A stretch of 64,000 nucleotides of DNA. Origin: Minisyncoccota bacterium. GTDB lineage: Bacteria > Patescibacteriota > Minisyncoccia > Phycocordibacterales > JAGLPS01. Below, one piece after another: positions 10,257 to 19,142 of the stretch. The stretch spans positions 683-64,682 of the forward strand of contig JAGLPS010000006.1 of the NCBI GenBank assembly GCA_023137185.1, given 5' to 3'. Position 1 is the first letter of the stretch; the number at the start of each line of letters is the position of its first letter. Under the pieces are notes generated by a model that was not told the DNA's origin, did no database searches, and saw only the letters and a list, made by a program, of their open reading frames with translations. A program made the position numbers and the translations under genes.

Positions 10257-10457
10257 TTACGCTTTGCTGACCTTGACTGCGTTCGGTCCCTTTGGACTGT
10301 CTGCAACTTCGAAAGTCACTTTGTCACCTTCGCGAAGTTCGTTGAACGTAACGTCAACGAGCTCATTTGAGTGGAAAAAGAGATCTTTTTCCTGTCCTTC
10401 GCATTTGATGAACCCGAAACCCTTATCGGTGAGTCGAGCAATTGTTCCTTCTGACAT
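10257..10457 (-). CDS. Cold-shock domain protein
   Basis: RNP1 KGFGFI, RNP2 LFFH, KGPNA..V. Confidence 0.95.
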   Translation of the reverse strand: MSEGTIARLTDKGFGFIKCEGQEKDLFFHSNELVDVTFNELREGDKVTFEVADSPKGPNAVKVSKA

Positions 10458-10626
10458 TGTTGATATGTATGAAGAGCGAATAAAAAATCAAACAGTATGC
10501 CGAAGGTCGAGACTCGATCTTTTCTCTACTGGATCAGCACTGAATTGACAAAAGAGATCATATCATATCTCAATTAATTGTCAACGTTTTTTGTACACTA
10601 TCATAGGGTTAGTGACATTTCAGCCC

Positions 10627-12027
10627 TCAAAAAAATTTAGCCCCTATTACCATCACAGCAAAGTATATGAAAAAAATTGAAATCAAAACCATAGCCAGAT
10701 TAGTAAACCAGCTAGGCCTCAAGGCTTTCGGCAACTTCGTATTGTTTATATAAATAAGAAATGGAGTATAAATTGCCATAGTCATACCTCCAAGCACAGC
10801 CGAGATAACAAGCCACGTCAAAGGCTGTTTAGCTGGCAATAAAATAGCGCCAATGGCCACAATCAATATTATAGCGGTATAGTAAATTTTGCTAAGAGAA
10901 ATACCTTTGAACCATTTAAGTTTAGAAGCAAGTGGTCCTACACGCGAATTGGTGTAGAGAATATCCGAAATCATACGGGTCAAAGCATCTATGACAGTCC
11001 ACATAACAGAAAAGAGCATAAGCGAGGCCATAACCAAAAATAATTTATAGCCAAACACGCCCCATTGCTGGCCAAAAATATTAGCCTGCGCCACCGCCAC
11101 ATCCCAACCCTCTGGCACAATACCCAAAGGGGTCAAAACAGCGTGAGCATTCACGCTTAGCAAAAACAAAGTTATAAAACCAAGCAACAGGAAAATAAGC
11201 CCTTGGTCAATCCGTATATATTTCATCCAACCGCGCCATCTTTTAAGATTTTCTTCCGTCATTTCAAAAGTAAATCCTGTGGCAGCGACAGATTCTTCAC
11301 GACCTGTGATGGGATTAACCACGCGGCCAATATATTCACCCATACCGACCTGCTTGTCGCGGTACCACAAAGAAGTGCATAGATTCAACATACCGCCAGC
11401 TCCGGCAAAAACCACAGCTCCCAACAAAACATTTATATCCACACCTTCTGGAATAAAACCGAAACTAAATACCCCTTTAACACCTTCGGCTAGCTGCGCC
11501 CAACTTAAATTGAAAAAGCTAATAACAACGAGTAACGCGAAAAAAGTCGGCACAATTACCTTAAGCGTTTTTTCCAGTATGTTGTAGGCTATCTTGCCGG
11601 AAAAAGTCAATAACAAAACCAGTCCCAATACTGTCCAAGACCAGCCGAGATGCGTCCCGAAACCAAATAATTCAGCTAAAGCGGCGCCTATCGCGCTAGC
11701 CCAACCCGGCCAGATATAAAGAAGTAAAGCGGCAAAAAACCAAAAAACAGGCGACCATTTTATTACCCGCGCGCTTGTGGTAAAAAACCCCTCTCCCGTA
11801 GCGGCGGAATGCCTGGCGACTTCTTGATTGATAAAATACTGGGCGCTAATACCAAGCAAAGCCAGCCAAAGAAGCCCTAATCCGTGTTTAGCAATAAGAT
11901 GCGGCCACAAAATAAGCTCGCCGGTTCCGATAGCTAAACCCATAACCACTACCCCCACTCCCAAAGCCTTAGACCAATGTGGCGGCTTAGGCAAATCTCG
12001 AGTTTCAAGAGGTGGAAATTTATCCAT
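10627..12027 (-). CDS. Nramp-family (MntH-related) divalent metal transporter
   Basis: About 11 TM helices; AIGTGELILWP, INQEVARH...TGE and GAGG motifs. Confidence 0.75.
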   Translation of the reverse strand: MDKFPPLETRDLPKPPHWSKALGVGVVVMGLAIGTGELILWPHLIAKHGLGLLWLALLGISAQYFINQEVARHSAATGEGFFTTSARVIKWSPVFWFFAALLLYIWPGWASAIGAALAELFGFGTHLGWSWTVLGLVLLLTFSGKIAYNILEKTLKVIVPTFFALLVVISFFNLSWAQLAEGVKGVFSFGFIPEGVDINVLLGAVVFAGAGGMLNLCTSLWYRDKQVGMGEYIGRVVNPITGREESVAATGFTFEMTEENLKRWRGWMKYIRIDQGLIFLLLGFITLFLLSVNAHAVLTPLGIVPEGWDVAVAQANIFGQQWGVFGYKLFLVMASLMLFSVMWTVIDALTRMISDILYTNSRVGPLASKLKWFKGISLSKIYYTAIILIVAIGAILLPAKQPLTWLVISAVLGGMTMAIYTPFLIYINNTKLPKALRPSWFTNLAMVLISIFFIYFAVMVIGAKFF

Positions 12028-12057
12028 AATTCAATACAGTTATTTATACCAAGAAAA

Positions 12058-12579
12058 TTACTCCGGAAAAACACCCAAAGCGTCATTAAAACGGTTAATG
12101 TAATTGAAAAGTCCAATGACCGCGGTAAGCTCAACAAGTTCTTCGTCGTTAAAATACTTCTTTACATTTTCAATAACTTTCGGGTCTATCTCATACGCTT
12201 TTTTAGTTACAGCCCTCGCAAATTCCAGTGCCGCGTGTTCTCGCTCATCTGCTTTCTCAACTATTTTTGAAACATCTTCATCAGTAAGCCCGAACTGGCG
12301 AAGTTGTATATGTGTAACATCAAGGCAGAATTCGCATTTATTGAGACGCGACACCTCATCAGCCACTTTCCACTTAAGAATCGCCGGAAGCGGCGCATCA
12401 TCCATTGTCGCTTTAAACAGTGTAAAGAAACCAACAAGAATATCCTCGCAATTTGCCATTACTTTCATCCATTTAGGCACCTTTTTACCCGCCGATGTAA
12501 ATTGTTCGTAAAACTCCCTTGTCTCATCTTTTACTTCTTCAGCAGTAACTAAATGAACAATAGGTTTTGAGTCTGCCAT
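12058..12579 (-). CDS. Carboxymuconolactone decarboxylase/AhpD-family protein
   Basis: VS..N.CEFC...H and ELVEL..VIGLFNY.NRFN motifs. Confidence 0.85.
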   Translation of the reverse strand: MADSKPIVHLVTAEEVKDETREFYEQFTSAGKKVPKWMKVMANCEDILVGFFTLFKATMDDAPLPAILKWKVADEVSRLNKCEFCLDVTHIQLRQFGLTDEDVSKIVEKADEREHAALEFARAVTKKAYEIDPKVIENVKKYFNDEELVELTAVIGLFNYINRFNDALGVFPE

Positions 12580-12662
12580 AATTTTAATACGAATTAATCG
12601 TTTAACTTATTACTTCGCGACACATCTCTATTCTAACAAAAAAAGTCTGAACAAATAACCTA

Positions 12663-12691
12663 TCTGCCGAGCCCCTGCGGGGCTCGGCAGA
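12663..12691. repeat. Palindrome TCTGCCGAGCCCCTGCGGGGCTCGGCAGA (second copy near 14109-14137)
   Basis: Identical palindromes on either side of the permease pair. Confidence 0.75.
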
Positions 12692-12919
12692 CGGTTTACA
12701 ACATATATTTTGGTATCGACTTATAGTTTCTATCGCGAGGGACTACATTTATTGTAATTGTGGAGAATGCCCCGTCGGCTTGCCCTTAATAATCCGGGCA
12801 GGCAGCGGGGATGAATCCGCAAGTATAAAGAAGCGTCGGCGGAGCCGACACCTCTACAACAAAGTTTGCCCCGATGCCTCGCCTAATACCTCGCCGAGGT
12901 ACTCCGAGGGAACAGCTTG

Positions 12920-13053
12920 CCCCCACACCTGTTTTCCCGTGGTATTTTGTCACCTAAGCCGATGTATTCATAGTATCGGAAAGCACCAGCCATACTTTTT
13001 ACAATTACATTATCCTTGAAAATACTGTGACAACGGGAAAACAGGTGTGGGGG
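12920..13053. mobile_element. MITE-like element with 21-bp perfect terminal inverted repeats, nested in a dispersed repeat
   Basis: CCCCCACACCTGTTTTCCCGT ... ACGGGAAAACAGGTGTGGGGG; absent from the sister repeat at 4146-4258. Confidence 0.6.
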
Positions 13054-13076
13054 TTTGTTGCGGGAATAGGACGAGG

Positions 13077-13583
13077 CTAAACTTTATTAAGGAATTTATC
13101 AACTATTACTCCATTAATAACCGAAAATACTATTATGTATAGAGTGAGAACAAGCGTAAAAGATAAACCAAAATAATAAATCATTAAAGGTAAAAGAGGG
13201 ACTTTAATGGCGCGGCTGTACAAAAATGCGACAATGAATGAGTTTTTCATTCCCTTCTCTCTTAGATTACTCAATAGCGGGTACCATATGTATATTGGTC
13301 CCGAAGACATAATACCTCCAATAATCGAGGCTGCCCATCCTTTTATTCCCACATCTTTACCAACATATTTTACGATTTTTTTGGTATCAAGAAAGATATT
13401 TGATAAAAAAATGAGAGTAAATCCAAGTAAAAGGATTGGCAAAACTTGCAGACATAAAGCAAGAGAGGCTTCAAGCGCCCGTTTGGCTATTGAAACATCT
13501 ATTATTGACGTAACCGCGTATAAAACAGCAACAATTATAAGAAAAAAGTATCTTCCATTAATATTTCGCGGTGTTATTTTCAT
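13077..13583 (-). CDS. Predicted permease (DUF318/ArsP-like, split subunit)
   Basis: GIMSSGPIY.WYPLL..L.EKG motif; hydrophobic. Confidence 0.75.
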   Translation of the reverse strand: MKITPRNINGRYFFLIIVAVLYAVTSIIDVSIAKRALEASLALCLQVLPILLLGFTLIFLSNIFLDTKKIVKYVGKDVGIKGWAASIIGGIMSSGPIYIWYPLLSNLREKGMKNSFIVAFLYSRAIKVPLLPLMIYYFGLSFTLVLTLYIIVFSVINGVIVDKFLNKV

Positions 13584-14023
13584 TATATGAACGCAAGCGT
13601 AAGAGTGATAAATATAGCGACCATTAAAGCGGACACGAAACTGACAATATTTCTTGCAATGGCGAATTTTTTCCCGAGTATCAGTAATTCAGCGGGAAGT
13701 TGGATAACACCTACTGTAACCCACGTGAGAATAAAAGCGGTTACCGCCGTAAGACTTACACCTTGTTGCAAAAGCTCTCCGCCAATAATATAGCTTGTTA
13801 TAGGACTCCCGCCAGAAATACTCCCGAAGAGCGCTCCCGCCAGTGAATCTAAAATAGTATTACCTGAAAAAACGCGATAAAAAATGTCCTTAGACAGTAC
13901 CGCTTGTAACCAACTAACAAGAAAAAGTGTCCCAATGAGAATAGGAATTACCTGAATAAACGAACCTAATGTTTTTAAAAACGCTTTTTTATAAGAATGA
14001 GAAAAAAGCATACATTTAATCAT
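13583..14023 (-). CDS. Predicted permease (DUF318/ArsP-like, split subunit)
   Basis: GSISGGSPITSYIIGGELL..GV, WVTVGVIQLPAE; translationally coupled to its partner. Confidence 0.75.
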   Translation of the reverse strand: MIKCMLFSHSYKKAFLKTLGSFIQVIPILIGTLFLVSWLQAVLSKDIFYRVFSGNTILDSLAGALFGSISGGSPITSYIIGGELLQQGVSLTAVTAFILTWVTVGVIQLPAELLILGKKFAIARNIVSFVSALMVAIFITLTLAFI

Positions 14024-14175
14024 ATCAGGGATTTAAACATTAGTTCATAAATATCAATTTATTAGAAACTTTAAGCTATGTTGAAAAGTTATTTTCGTCC
14101 GTGAATTGTCTGCCGAGCCCCTGCGGGGCTCGGCAGACAATTCACAACACACAAAGGCCTCGCCTTTGTATTCTT

Positions 14176-14556
14176 CTAACTCATACAAATGAGGTAAACG
14201 CCCAAAAGTCCCACGATAACCATAACTATTCTAAAGCGCGCGATTTTATCTTTTAAAATAGCGGCAGTTATCTTTTGCGTTGCCTCCGGAAAAGCAATCC
14301 TTGTAATTCCTTTAAAGGTACAGACCCAGCCAGCAATAGTAATAACGATTCTCCAATCAGCAACCCAAAGGTTGTGCGATATTATCGTTGCCAAACCCAG
14401 AAACAACAAAACCCAGCCAGAAAGAAAAACAAAATTCTTGTCCTTGTGTATCTTAAGCAATTCATCCAAAAACGAATTTCCTCCCAATAGATAAACAACC
14501 GCCGTTATCACCGAAAACCACCCCCAAAATCGCGCCAAAAATATAGTAATTTCCAT
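14176..14556 (-). CDS. Hypothetical 4-TM membrane protein
   Basis: HNLW...W..VITI.GW....KG..R..FP pattern; hydrophobic. Confidence 0.7.
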   Translation of the reverse strand: MEITIFLARFWGWFSVITAVVYLLGGNSFLDELLKIHKDKNFVFLSGWVLLFLGLATIISHNLWVADWRIVITIAGWVCTFKGITRIAFPEATQKITAAILKDKIARFRIVMVIVGLLGVYLICMS

Positions 14557-14658
14557 AATTAAAAATTAAAGTATTCAATGCTTATAAACAGTTTTTAGAA
14601 CTTTCTTATACCAAATTATACATAAATTATGGTTCTTGCTAAAAGTTAAAAACCGCTT

Positions 14659-14844
14659 TTAAGCGGTTTTTGTTTTGGAAGTGTTATCGTAAAATACTTT
14701 TCTTTGGTCTTCGTTTGCGCGCCTTGCCGCCTCTGTAATTATTTTCTTTTTTTCCTTACTTGACGCTTCAAGGAAAAAACGCGAAAACTTGCTTGAGAGT
14801 TTCCCTTTAACTTCTCTCTTGAATATAAAATTAAATAGTTTCAT
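14659..14844 (-). CDS. Small basic protein coupled to the zeta-like ATPase (putative antitoxin/partner)
   Basis: Overlaps the 3' end of 14831-15562; FSRFF..ASS.EKKK....AARRANEDQR. Confidence 0.6.
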   Translation of the reverse strand: MKLFNFIFKREVKGKLSSKFSRFFLEASSKEKKKIITEAARRANEDQRKVFYDNTSKTKTA

Positions 14845-15562
14845 GACTTTTCAGCAACTCTTCTAATTGATTTTTAGTGTATTTGAATTTTATACAGTTG
14901 TCAATTTTATTGATATTTGCCTTAAACTGAATTGTCTGGTGTTTAAAATCTTTTTCCACAAGATAAATTGTAATATTTTTACCAAAATGCTCTTTTAGTT
15001 TGTTTACGACATCCCTTGCTGCGATAAACTGCTCGATGAAAGTCTCTTTTAGTATCCTACGACCATCTTTTTCTTCACGGCGTATGGTAAATTCCCATGC
15101 AATAACCGGATCTTGATAAATATAAAAAATAAAAATAGTTCGGTTTTTATCTAGGGAACGTTGAATATTATCTTTTGCTTTTTCCAAATTTGAAAGAGTA
15201 CCATCAAGAATGAAGTTTTGTTCGTTCGTTAGTACACTATCGTGAATTTTTTCCACAGCAATTGAAACTGCTCCTTGAAATAAATAAGCGTTGCCACCGG
15301 TATAGCCGGGTAATTTGTTTCTAATTTCATCAGCGTCAATACGTGCTACATGACTTTTGTTATCATCCCAGAGATTTTTAAGCAATCCTTTTGAAAATTC
15401 CGTCTTCCCCGCTCCGGGAGAACCCGCCATAAAAACAGATACTGGCGTGGTATCCGGAAATATTTTCTCGGGGTCGGCAAATTCTTGAACGATTTTTTTA
15501 AAGTTTTCCCTCTTTTTTACAAACTTAATTGCTGCTCTTTTAATATCTTCTTCAGATAACAT
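14831..15562 (-). CDS. Zeta toxin-like P-loop kinase/ATPase
   Basis: FMAGSPGAGKTE Walker A, IDADEIR, FILDGT, RE..DGR.I. Confidence 0.82.
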   Translation of the reverse strand: MLSEEDIKRAAIKFVKKRENFKKIVQEFADPEKIFPDTTPVSVFMAGSPGAGKTEFSKGLLKNLWDDNKSHVARIDADEIRNKLPGYTGGNAYLFQGAVSIAVEKIHDSVLTNEQNFILDGTLSNLEKAKDNIQRSLDKNRTIFIFYIYQDPVIAWEFTIRREEKDGRRILKETFIEQFIAARDVVNKLKEHFGKNITIYLVEKDFKHQTIQFKANINKIDNCIKFKYTKNQLEELLKSHETI

Positions 15563-15569
15563 AAACTTA

Positions 15570-15664
15570 ATTCTACACCACTTCCCCGCCTACGCGCACA
15601 CAAGTCTAAATTTTAGGGAATTAAGACAAATTATCGAGAAATTATCGAGGTTCAACCTCGATAA
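15570..15664. repeat. 95-bp direct repeat, copy 1 (promoter block upstream of the zeta gene)
   Basis: Nearly identical to 16938-17032; contains the ATCGAGGTTCAACCTCGAT palindrome and a minus-strand TAGAAT 7 nt before the ATG. Confidence 0.85.
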
Positions 15665-15724
15665 ACAGACCGTGAGCTTGTCGAATGTTTCCCTCTAATA
15701 TATATAAAATGATACACTACAATT

Positions 15725-16099
15725 ATGAGTTCAACTGATAAAAAGATTGAAGATTTGGGGTTAAAAATTACTGAATTAACTGAAGCACTCAAAATGATTT
15801 CTGAACGACAAAATTCTCAGTACACTGATATTATGTTAGCTCTTAAAGATATCAAGGACATCCAAAAAGAAATGTCTGAAGAATCCATTCCTCTTTCAGA
15901 TGATAAATTATATGATGAAGCAAAAGAGCTTGTGATTAAATATCAAATAGCTTCAGTTTCATTTCTCCAGCGTATACTACGGATTGGATATTCTCGCGTA
16001 GCTTTTGTTATGGATAAACTAGAAGAGAATGGTGTCATAGGTCATGCAAACGGTTCAGAACCGCACGCGGTTTTGATAAAAAATGAGGACGAAGATTAG
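15725..16099 (+). CDS. Stand-alone FtsK gamma-domain (winged helix) protein with N-terminal coiled coil
   Basis: D.LYDEAKELV.....ASVSFLQR.LRIGY.R....MD.LEE.GVIG...GS.P..VL matches FtsK gamma. Confidence 0.85.
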   Translation: MSSTDKKIEDLGLKITELTEALKMISERQNSQYTDIMLALKDIKDIQKEMSEESIPLSDDKLYDEAKELVIKYQIASVSFLQRILRIGYSRVAFVMDKLEENGVIGHANGSEPHAVLIKNEDED

Positions 16100-16222
16100 T
16101 AAGAATTCTTCAAGGTCGAACCTTGAAATTCTTAACTCCCCCGCTAAACGCTTTGTGGAGGATGGCGGTTCGGAGGGTTTGGAGGTGGGATTTTTAAGTT
16201 ATGCACAAATTTATTGACTTTA

Positions 16223-16250
16223 TTGACTTTTAGTACTCACTCGCTATACT
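16223..16250 (+). promoter_or_regulatory. Sigma70-like promoter with no downstream ORF
   Basis: TTGACT-16 nt-TATACT. Confidence 0.55.
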
Positions 16251-16256
16251 AAGAGC

Positions 16257-16330
16257 GTCTTTTAGTTTTATCCATAAACTGAAAGGGTTTTACATCCAAG
16301 GGCAGCCTTCCTCGCGGAGGGCTGCTTTTT
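16257..16330 (+). ncRNA. Candidate ~75-nt small RNA convergent with the NYN gene
   Basis: Promoter upstream, 10-bp hairpin at 16259-16285, GC-rich terminator hairpin at 16302-16325 plus T-run. Confidence 0.4.
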
Positions 16331-16931
16331 ATTTTAATTTCTTGCCTTCCGTTTTACTCTTTTCTACTCTGTGCTTCAATTCACGACCCCAAATATCCTC
16401 TGATACTTGTAATATATCAGTATATCCATCCCCTCCCGTTCTTAATTCTTCAGATATATTGTTCTTGGAAGAGTAGATATATACATTTTTTCCGTCTCTC
16501 CTCAAATAAGTTACTAACGCGAGAAAATCTGAATCTCCGGAGAACAAAATAGCTGTTGTGTATTTGTCTTTATGGTGAATAGCATCAATGGTCATTTCCA
16601 CATCCATATTCCCTTTTTCTTCAGTGATGTCTCCGTTATCCGAATGTACAGTGATCCGCTTCAATTCCTTTTTACGAACGTTAATACCAAGACCCTTGCG
16701 AAGATATGTAAAAAACTTGTGTTTCCCGTCCAATAAATAGTCGCGTGTTCCTTCAGCCGGATACGCTGTATAATAAAAAATCTCAATAGCTTGAGCATCA
16801 TTATTCTTTTTGAGAAATTTTTTCAATTTTTCAAAATCAAAAAAATGTCCTCTAACTTTCTGCGCGCTCCAGAGATTTGAAGCGTCAATGAAAACATAAA
16901 CAATCTTTTGTTTTTCTTTATTATTTTTCAT
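16329..16931 (-). CDS. NYN (LabA/DUF88, PIN-like) domain ribonuclease
   Basis: VFIDASNL, EKGNMDVEMTIDA and LFSGDSDFLALV motifs. Confidence 0.9.
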   Translation of the reverse strand: MKNNKEKQKIVYVFIDASNLWSAQKVRGHFFDFEKLKKFLKKNNDAQAIEIFYYTAYPAEGTRDYLLDGKHKFFTYLRKGLGINVRKKELKRITVHSDNGDITEEKGNMDVEMTIDAIHHKDKYTTAILFSGDSDFLALVTYLRRDGKNVYIYSSKNNISEELRTGGDGYTDILQVSEDIWGRELKHRVEKSKTEGKKLK

Positions 16932-16937
16932 AATGCT

Positions 16938-17032
16938 ATTCTACACCACTTCCCCGCCTACGCGCGCACAAGTCTAAATTTTAGGGAATTAAGGCAAATT
17001 ATCGAGAAATTATCGAGGTTCAACCTCGATAA
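16938..17032. repeat. 95-bp direct repeat, copy 2 (promoter block upstream of the NYN gene)
   Basis: Nearly identical to 15570-15664; TAGAAT 6 nt before the ATG. Confidence 0.85.
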
Positions 17033-17106
17033 TTTCTCGATAAACACAAACACCAAACACCTCAAATACACCATTTGAGGTGTTTGGTGCAAAAGTGGTA
17101 ATTCTG

Positions 17107-17682
17107 CTAGATTTTGGTGTAAAAAACCGATTTCCCGGTGTTCCCGACCTGTTTTATGCGATTTTCTGCTTCAAGAATATCTAAATATCTTACCGCTGTG
17201 GCGCTTGATATTCTAAGTAGTTTTTGAATATCTTTGTTTGTTATTTGAGGCTTTGTCTCAAAAAGAGCTACAACCTTATCTAATTTTTTCCGTCTTCGTT
17301 CTTGAATTTTTGCCCGCGCTTTCACAAGTAATCTTTGAACAATATTCGGATCGGTTTTGTAGATAATTTGTGTTTGAACTTGAGATTGCTGTGGTTGTGG
17401 CTCTGATATTGGCATAGGTTCTTCTGAAACAGAAGAATGTGTGGGAGCAGGTTCTGACACAGTTTGTTCAACCACTTCTTCATCCGCAAGGACTGCTGTT
17501 TCTTGTGGTTGTTCTATTGGTGCTGTGGTTTGAACTTCAGAAATGGTCTCTGGTTGAATTTTCTCAGTTGCTTCTTCAATAGGGTCTGCCGACGGCTCAA
17601 CAATAGGTTCAGTAGCCACAGGTTCTACTGGTACAGTAGTTTCTTCTACTATGTCTTGAGTTTTATTTTCTTCTGGTGGCAT
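17107..17682 (-). CDS. Acidic low-complexity N-terminus with C-terminal winged-helix DNA-binding domain
   Basis: E/P/T-rich region, then ITNKDIQKLLRIS.ATAVRYL..LE.E.RI.QVG.TG. Confidence 0.75.
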   Translation of the reverse strand: MPPEENKTQDIVEETTVPVEPVATEPIVEPSADPIEEATEKIQPETISEVQTTAPIEQPQETAVLADEEVVEQTVSEPAPTHSSVSEEPMPISEPQPQQSQVQTQIIYKTDPNIVQRLLVKARAKIQERRRKKLDKVVALFETKPQITNKDIQKLLRISSATAVRYLDILEAENRIKQVGNTGKSVFYTKI

Positions 17683-17693
17683 ATTGTCTTGAA

Positions 17694-19136
17694 CTACAAT
17701 TTTAATTGATTATTTGATGAATTACGATTGTTTTTTTCAATCTCCTCCTCAACTCTCCTTTTCGCTTCTTCTAAAAGCTCTTTGCTTTCTTTTCTCAATT
17801 TATGGCTTTCCTGTATTTTTTCTGCAATCTGTTTTTGAATTTTTGGGTTGATAAGAGGAATTTTAAATTTTTCAAAATCTGATGGTTTTAGATGGGCGAT
17901 TATTGCTCCGCCTGATAATTTTTCAACTTGCGTTTTAGAAATAATGGAATTGAAAATCAGAGACAGGCATTCTTTTTCAAAAGTTTGATATTTGTCTTTT
18001 AGGCTCAATCTTAAAAACGCTCCGCTCAAAATTAGATCAAATTCTTCTTTGACGACATAACTTAAACCGATTGTTCCATCTTTGGTAAATAAAATATCGT
18101 CCCGTTTAGGCTGATAATCATTTTTTAATTCCTGATAAAGCCCTTTTGAAATTTTCTTGCCTGTGTCTTTAACTCCGTTTATTGAAAAATCCGAAACTCT
18201 CCCAAATGACATTCCGTCCTGCTGATATGTTTCGCTCCCAACCTCAACGCCTTTTTTCCAATTCACTATATTTTTAACAAAATTCCAGCCGTTTTTATAA
18301 TTTTCAATCTTTTTAATTATCTCATCATATTTCGGCTGAAAATATTCCGCGTCAAATCTCCCCGCCTCGTCTGTTTCTTTTTTTGTAGTTTGAAATGATA
18401 AAATATGCTCTAGCTTGTAATCCCCTCCTTTGCCAAGGCTTCGGCGGGCAGGCAACAAATCAACCTCTTTCAAAAGCGTTTCTTCGGCTTGTTTGTAAAG
18501 TTGTTTTGATTGGGTTTGTTTTTCGTAAGCGAACTTTACGATTTTTTCTATTTGGAGTTGGAAAGATTGAGGAAGGATTGGGATTTTTAAATCAGTAAAA
18601 TTAAAAACGTTTAATTTGGGTTGTGCGTTACCGCTTATTCTTCTTAATATTTGATTTTGACCATACTTTGAATTTAAAAAAGTTAAAATAAAATATTTTA
18701 TTTCTTCATTGTAATTCTCTAGTTTTATACCGATATTATTTTCAGAGACATTTGCTCTTTTCATTTCATTATCTATTCTTGCAATCAAGCCAATTGTATT
18801 TCCAACTTTTGAGACAACTAAATCGCCTTGTTTTAATTCAGAATTTTTAATCTTATTATTACTATCCTCAGAAATACAAACCATATTTTCTTTTTCTAAA
18901 AAAAATCTTTGTCTTATGTCTTGAACTCTTACAAAATAAACACCTTCATTAAGATATTCTTCACTTTTTAAAGTTGACCCAAAGGGACCTGATACAACCT
19001 CATTTTTTGATAAATAAAAATGTTTTAAATTGTCCAATTTCTCTTCAATCTCCAAATATTCCAGTTTAAAAAACTCCGCGTCAAACCTGCGCGCTTCTTG
19101 AACATCTGATTTTTTGATAATTGAGATTTGTGGCAT
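17694..19136 (-). CDS. hsdS: Restriction-modification specificity subunit (two TRDs)
   Basis: Duplicated R.DAE.F modules, SGPFGSTL, GD.V.SK.G.IG, ISGNAQPKL, IPI.P...Q..I conserved helices. Confidence 0.88.
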   Translation of the reverse strand: MPQISIIKKSDVQEARRFDAEFFKLEYLEIEEKLDNLKHFYLSKNEVVSGPFGSTLKSEEYLNEGVYFVRVQDIRQRFFLEKENMVCISEDSNNKIKNSELKQGDLVVSKVGNTIGLIARIDNEMKRANVSENNIGIKLENYNEEIKYFILTFLNSKYGQNQILRRISGNAQPKLNVFNFTDLKIPILPQSFQLQIEKIVKFAYEKQTQSKQLYKQAEETLLKEVDLLPARRSLGKGGDYKLEHILSFQTTKKETDEAGRFDAEYFQPKYDEIIKKIENYKNGWNFVKNIVNWKKGVEVGSETYQQDGMSFGRVSDFSINGVKDTGKKISKGLYQELKNDYQPKRDDILFTKDGTIGLSYVVKEEFDLILSGAFLRLSLKDKYQTFEKECLSLIFNSIISKTQVEKLSGGAIIAHLKPSDFEKFKIPLINPKIQKQIAEKIQESHKLRKESKELLEEAKRRVEEEIEKNNRNSSNNQLKL

Positions 19137-19142
19137 ATTATT

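Noticed and set aside
10058-10548. ORFs containing LEARLP/LGSRASK peptides (also 41867-42076 and 46575-46856)
   Set aside because: These are translations of the GGAAGCTCGGCTTCC palindrome or antisense shadows of real genes.
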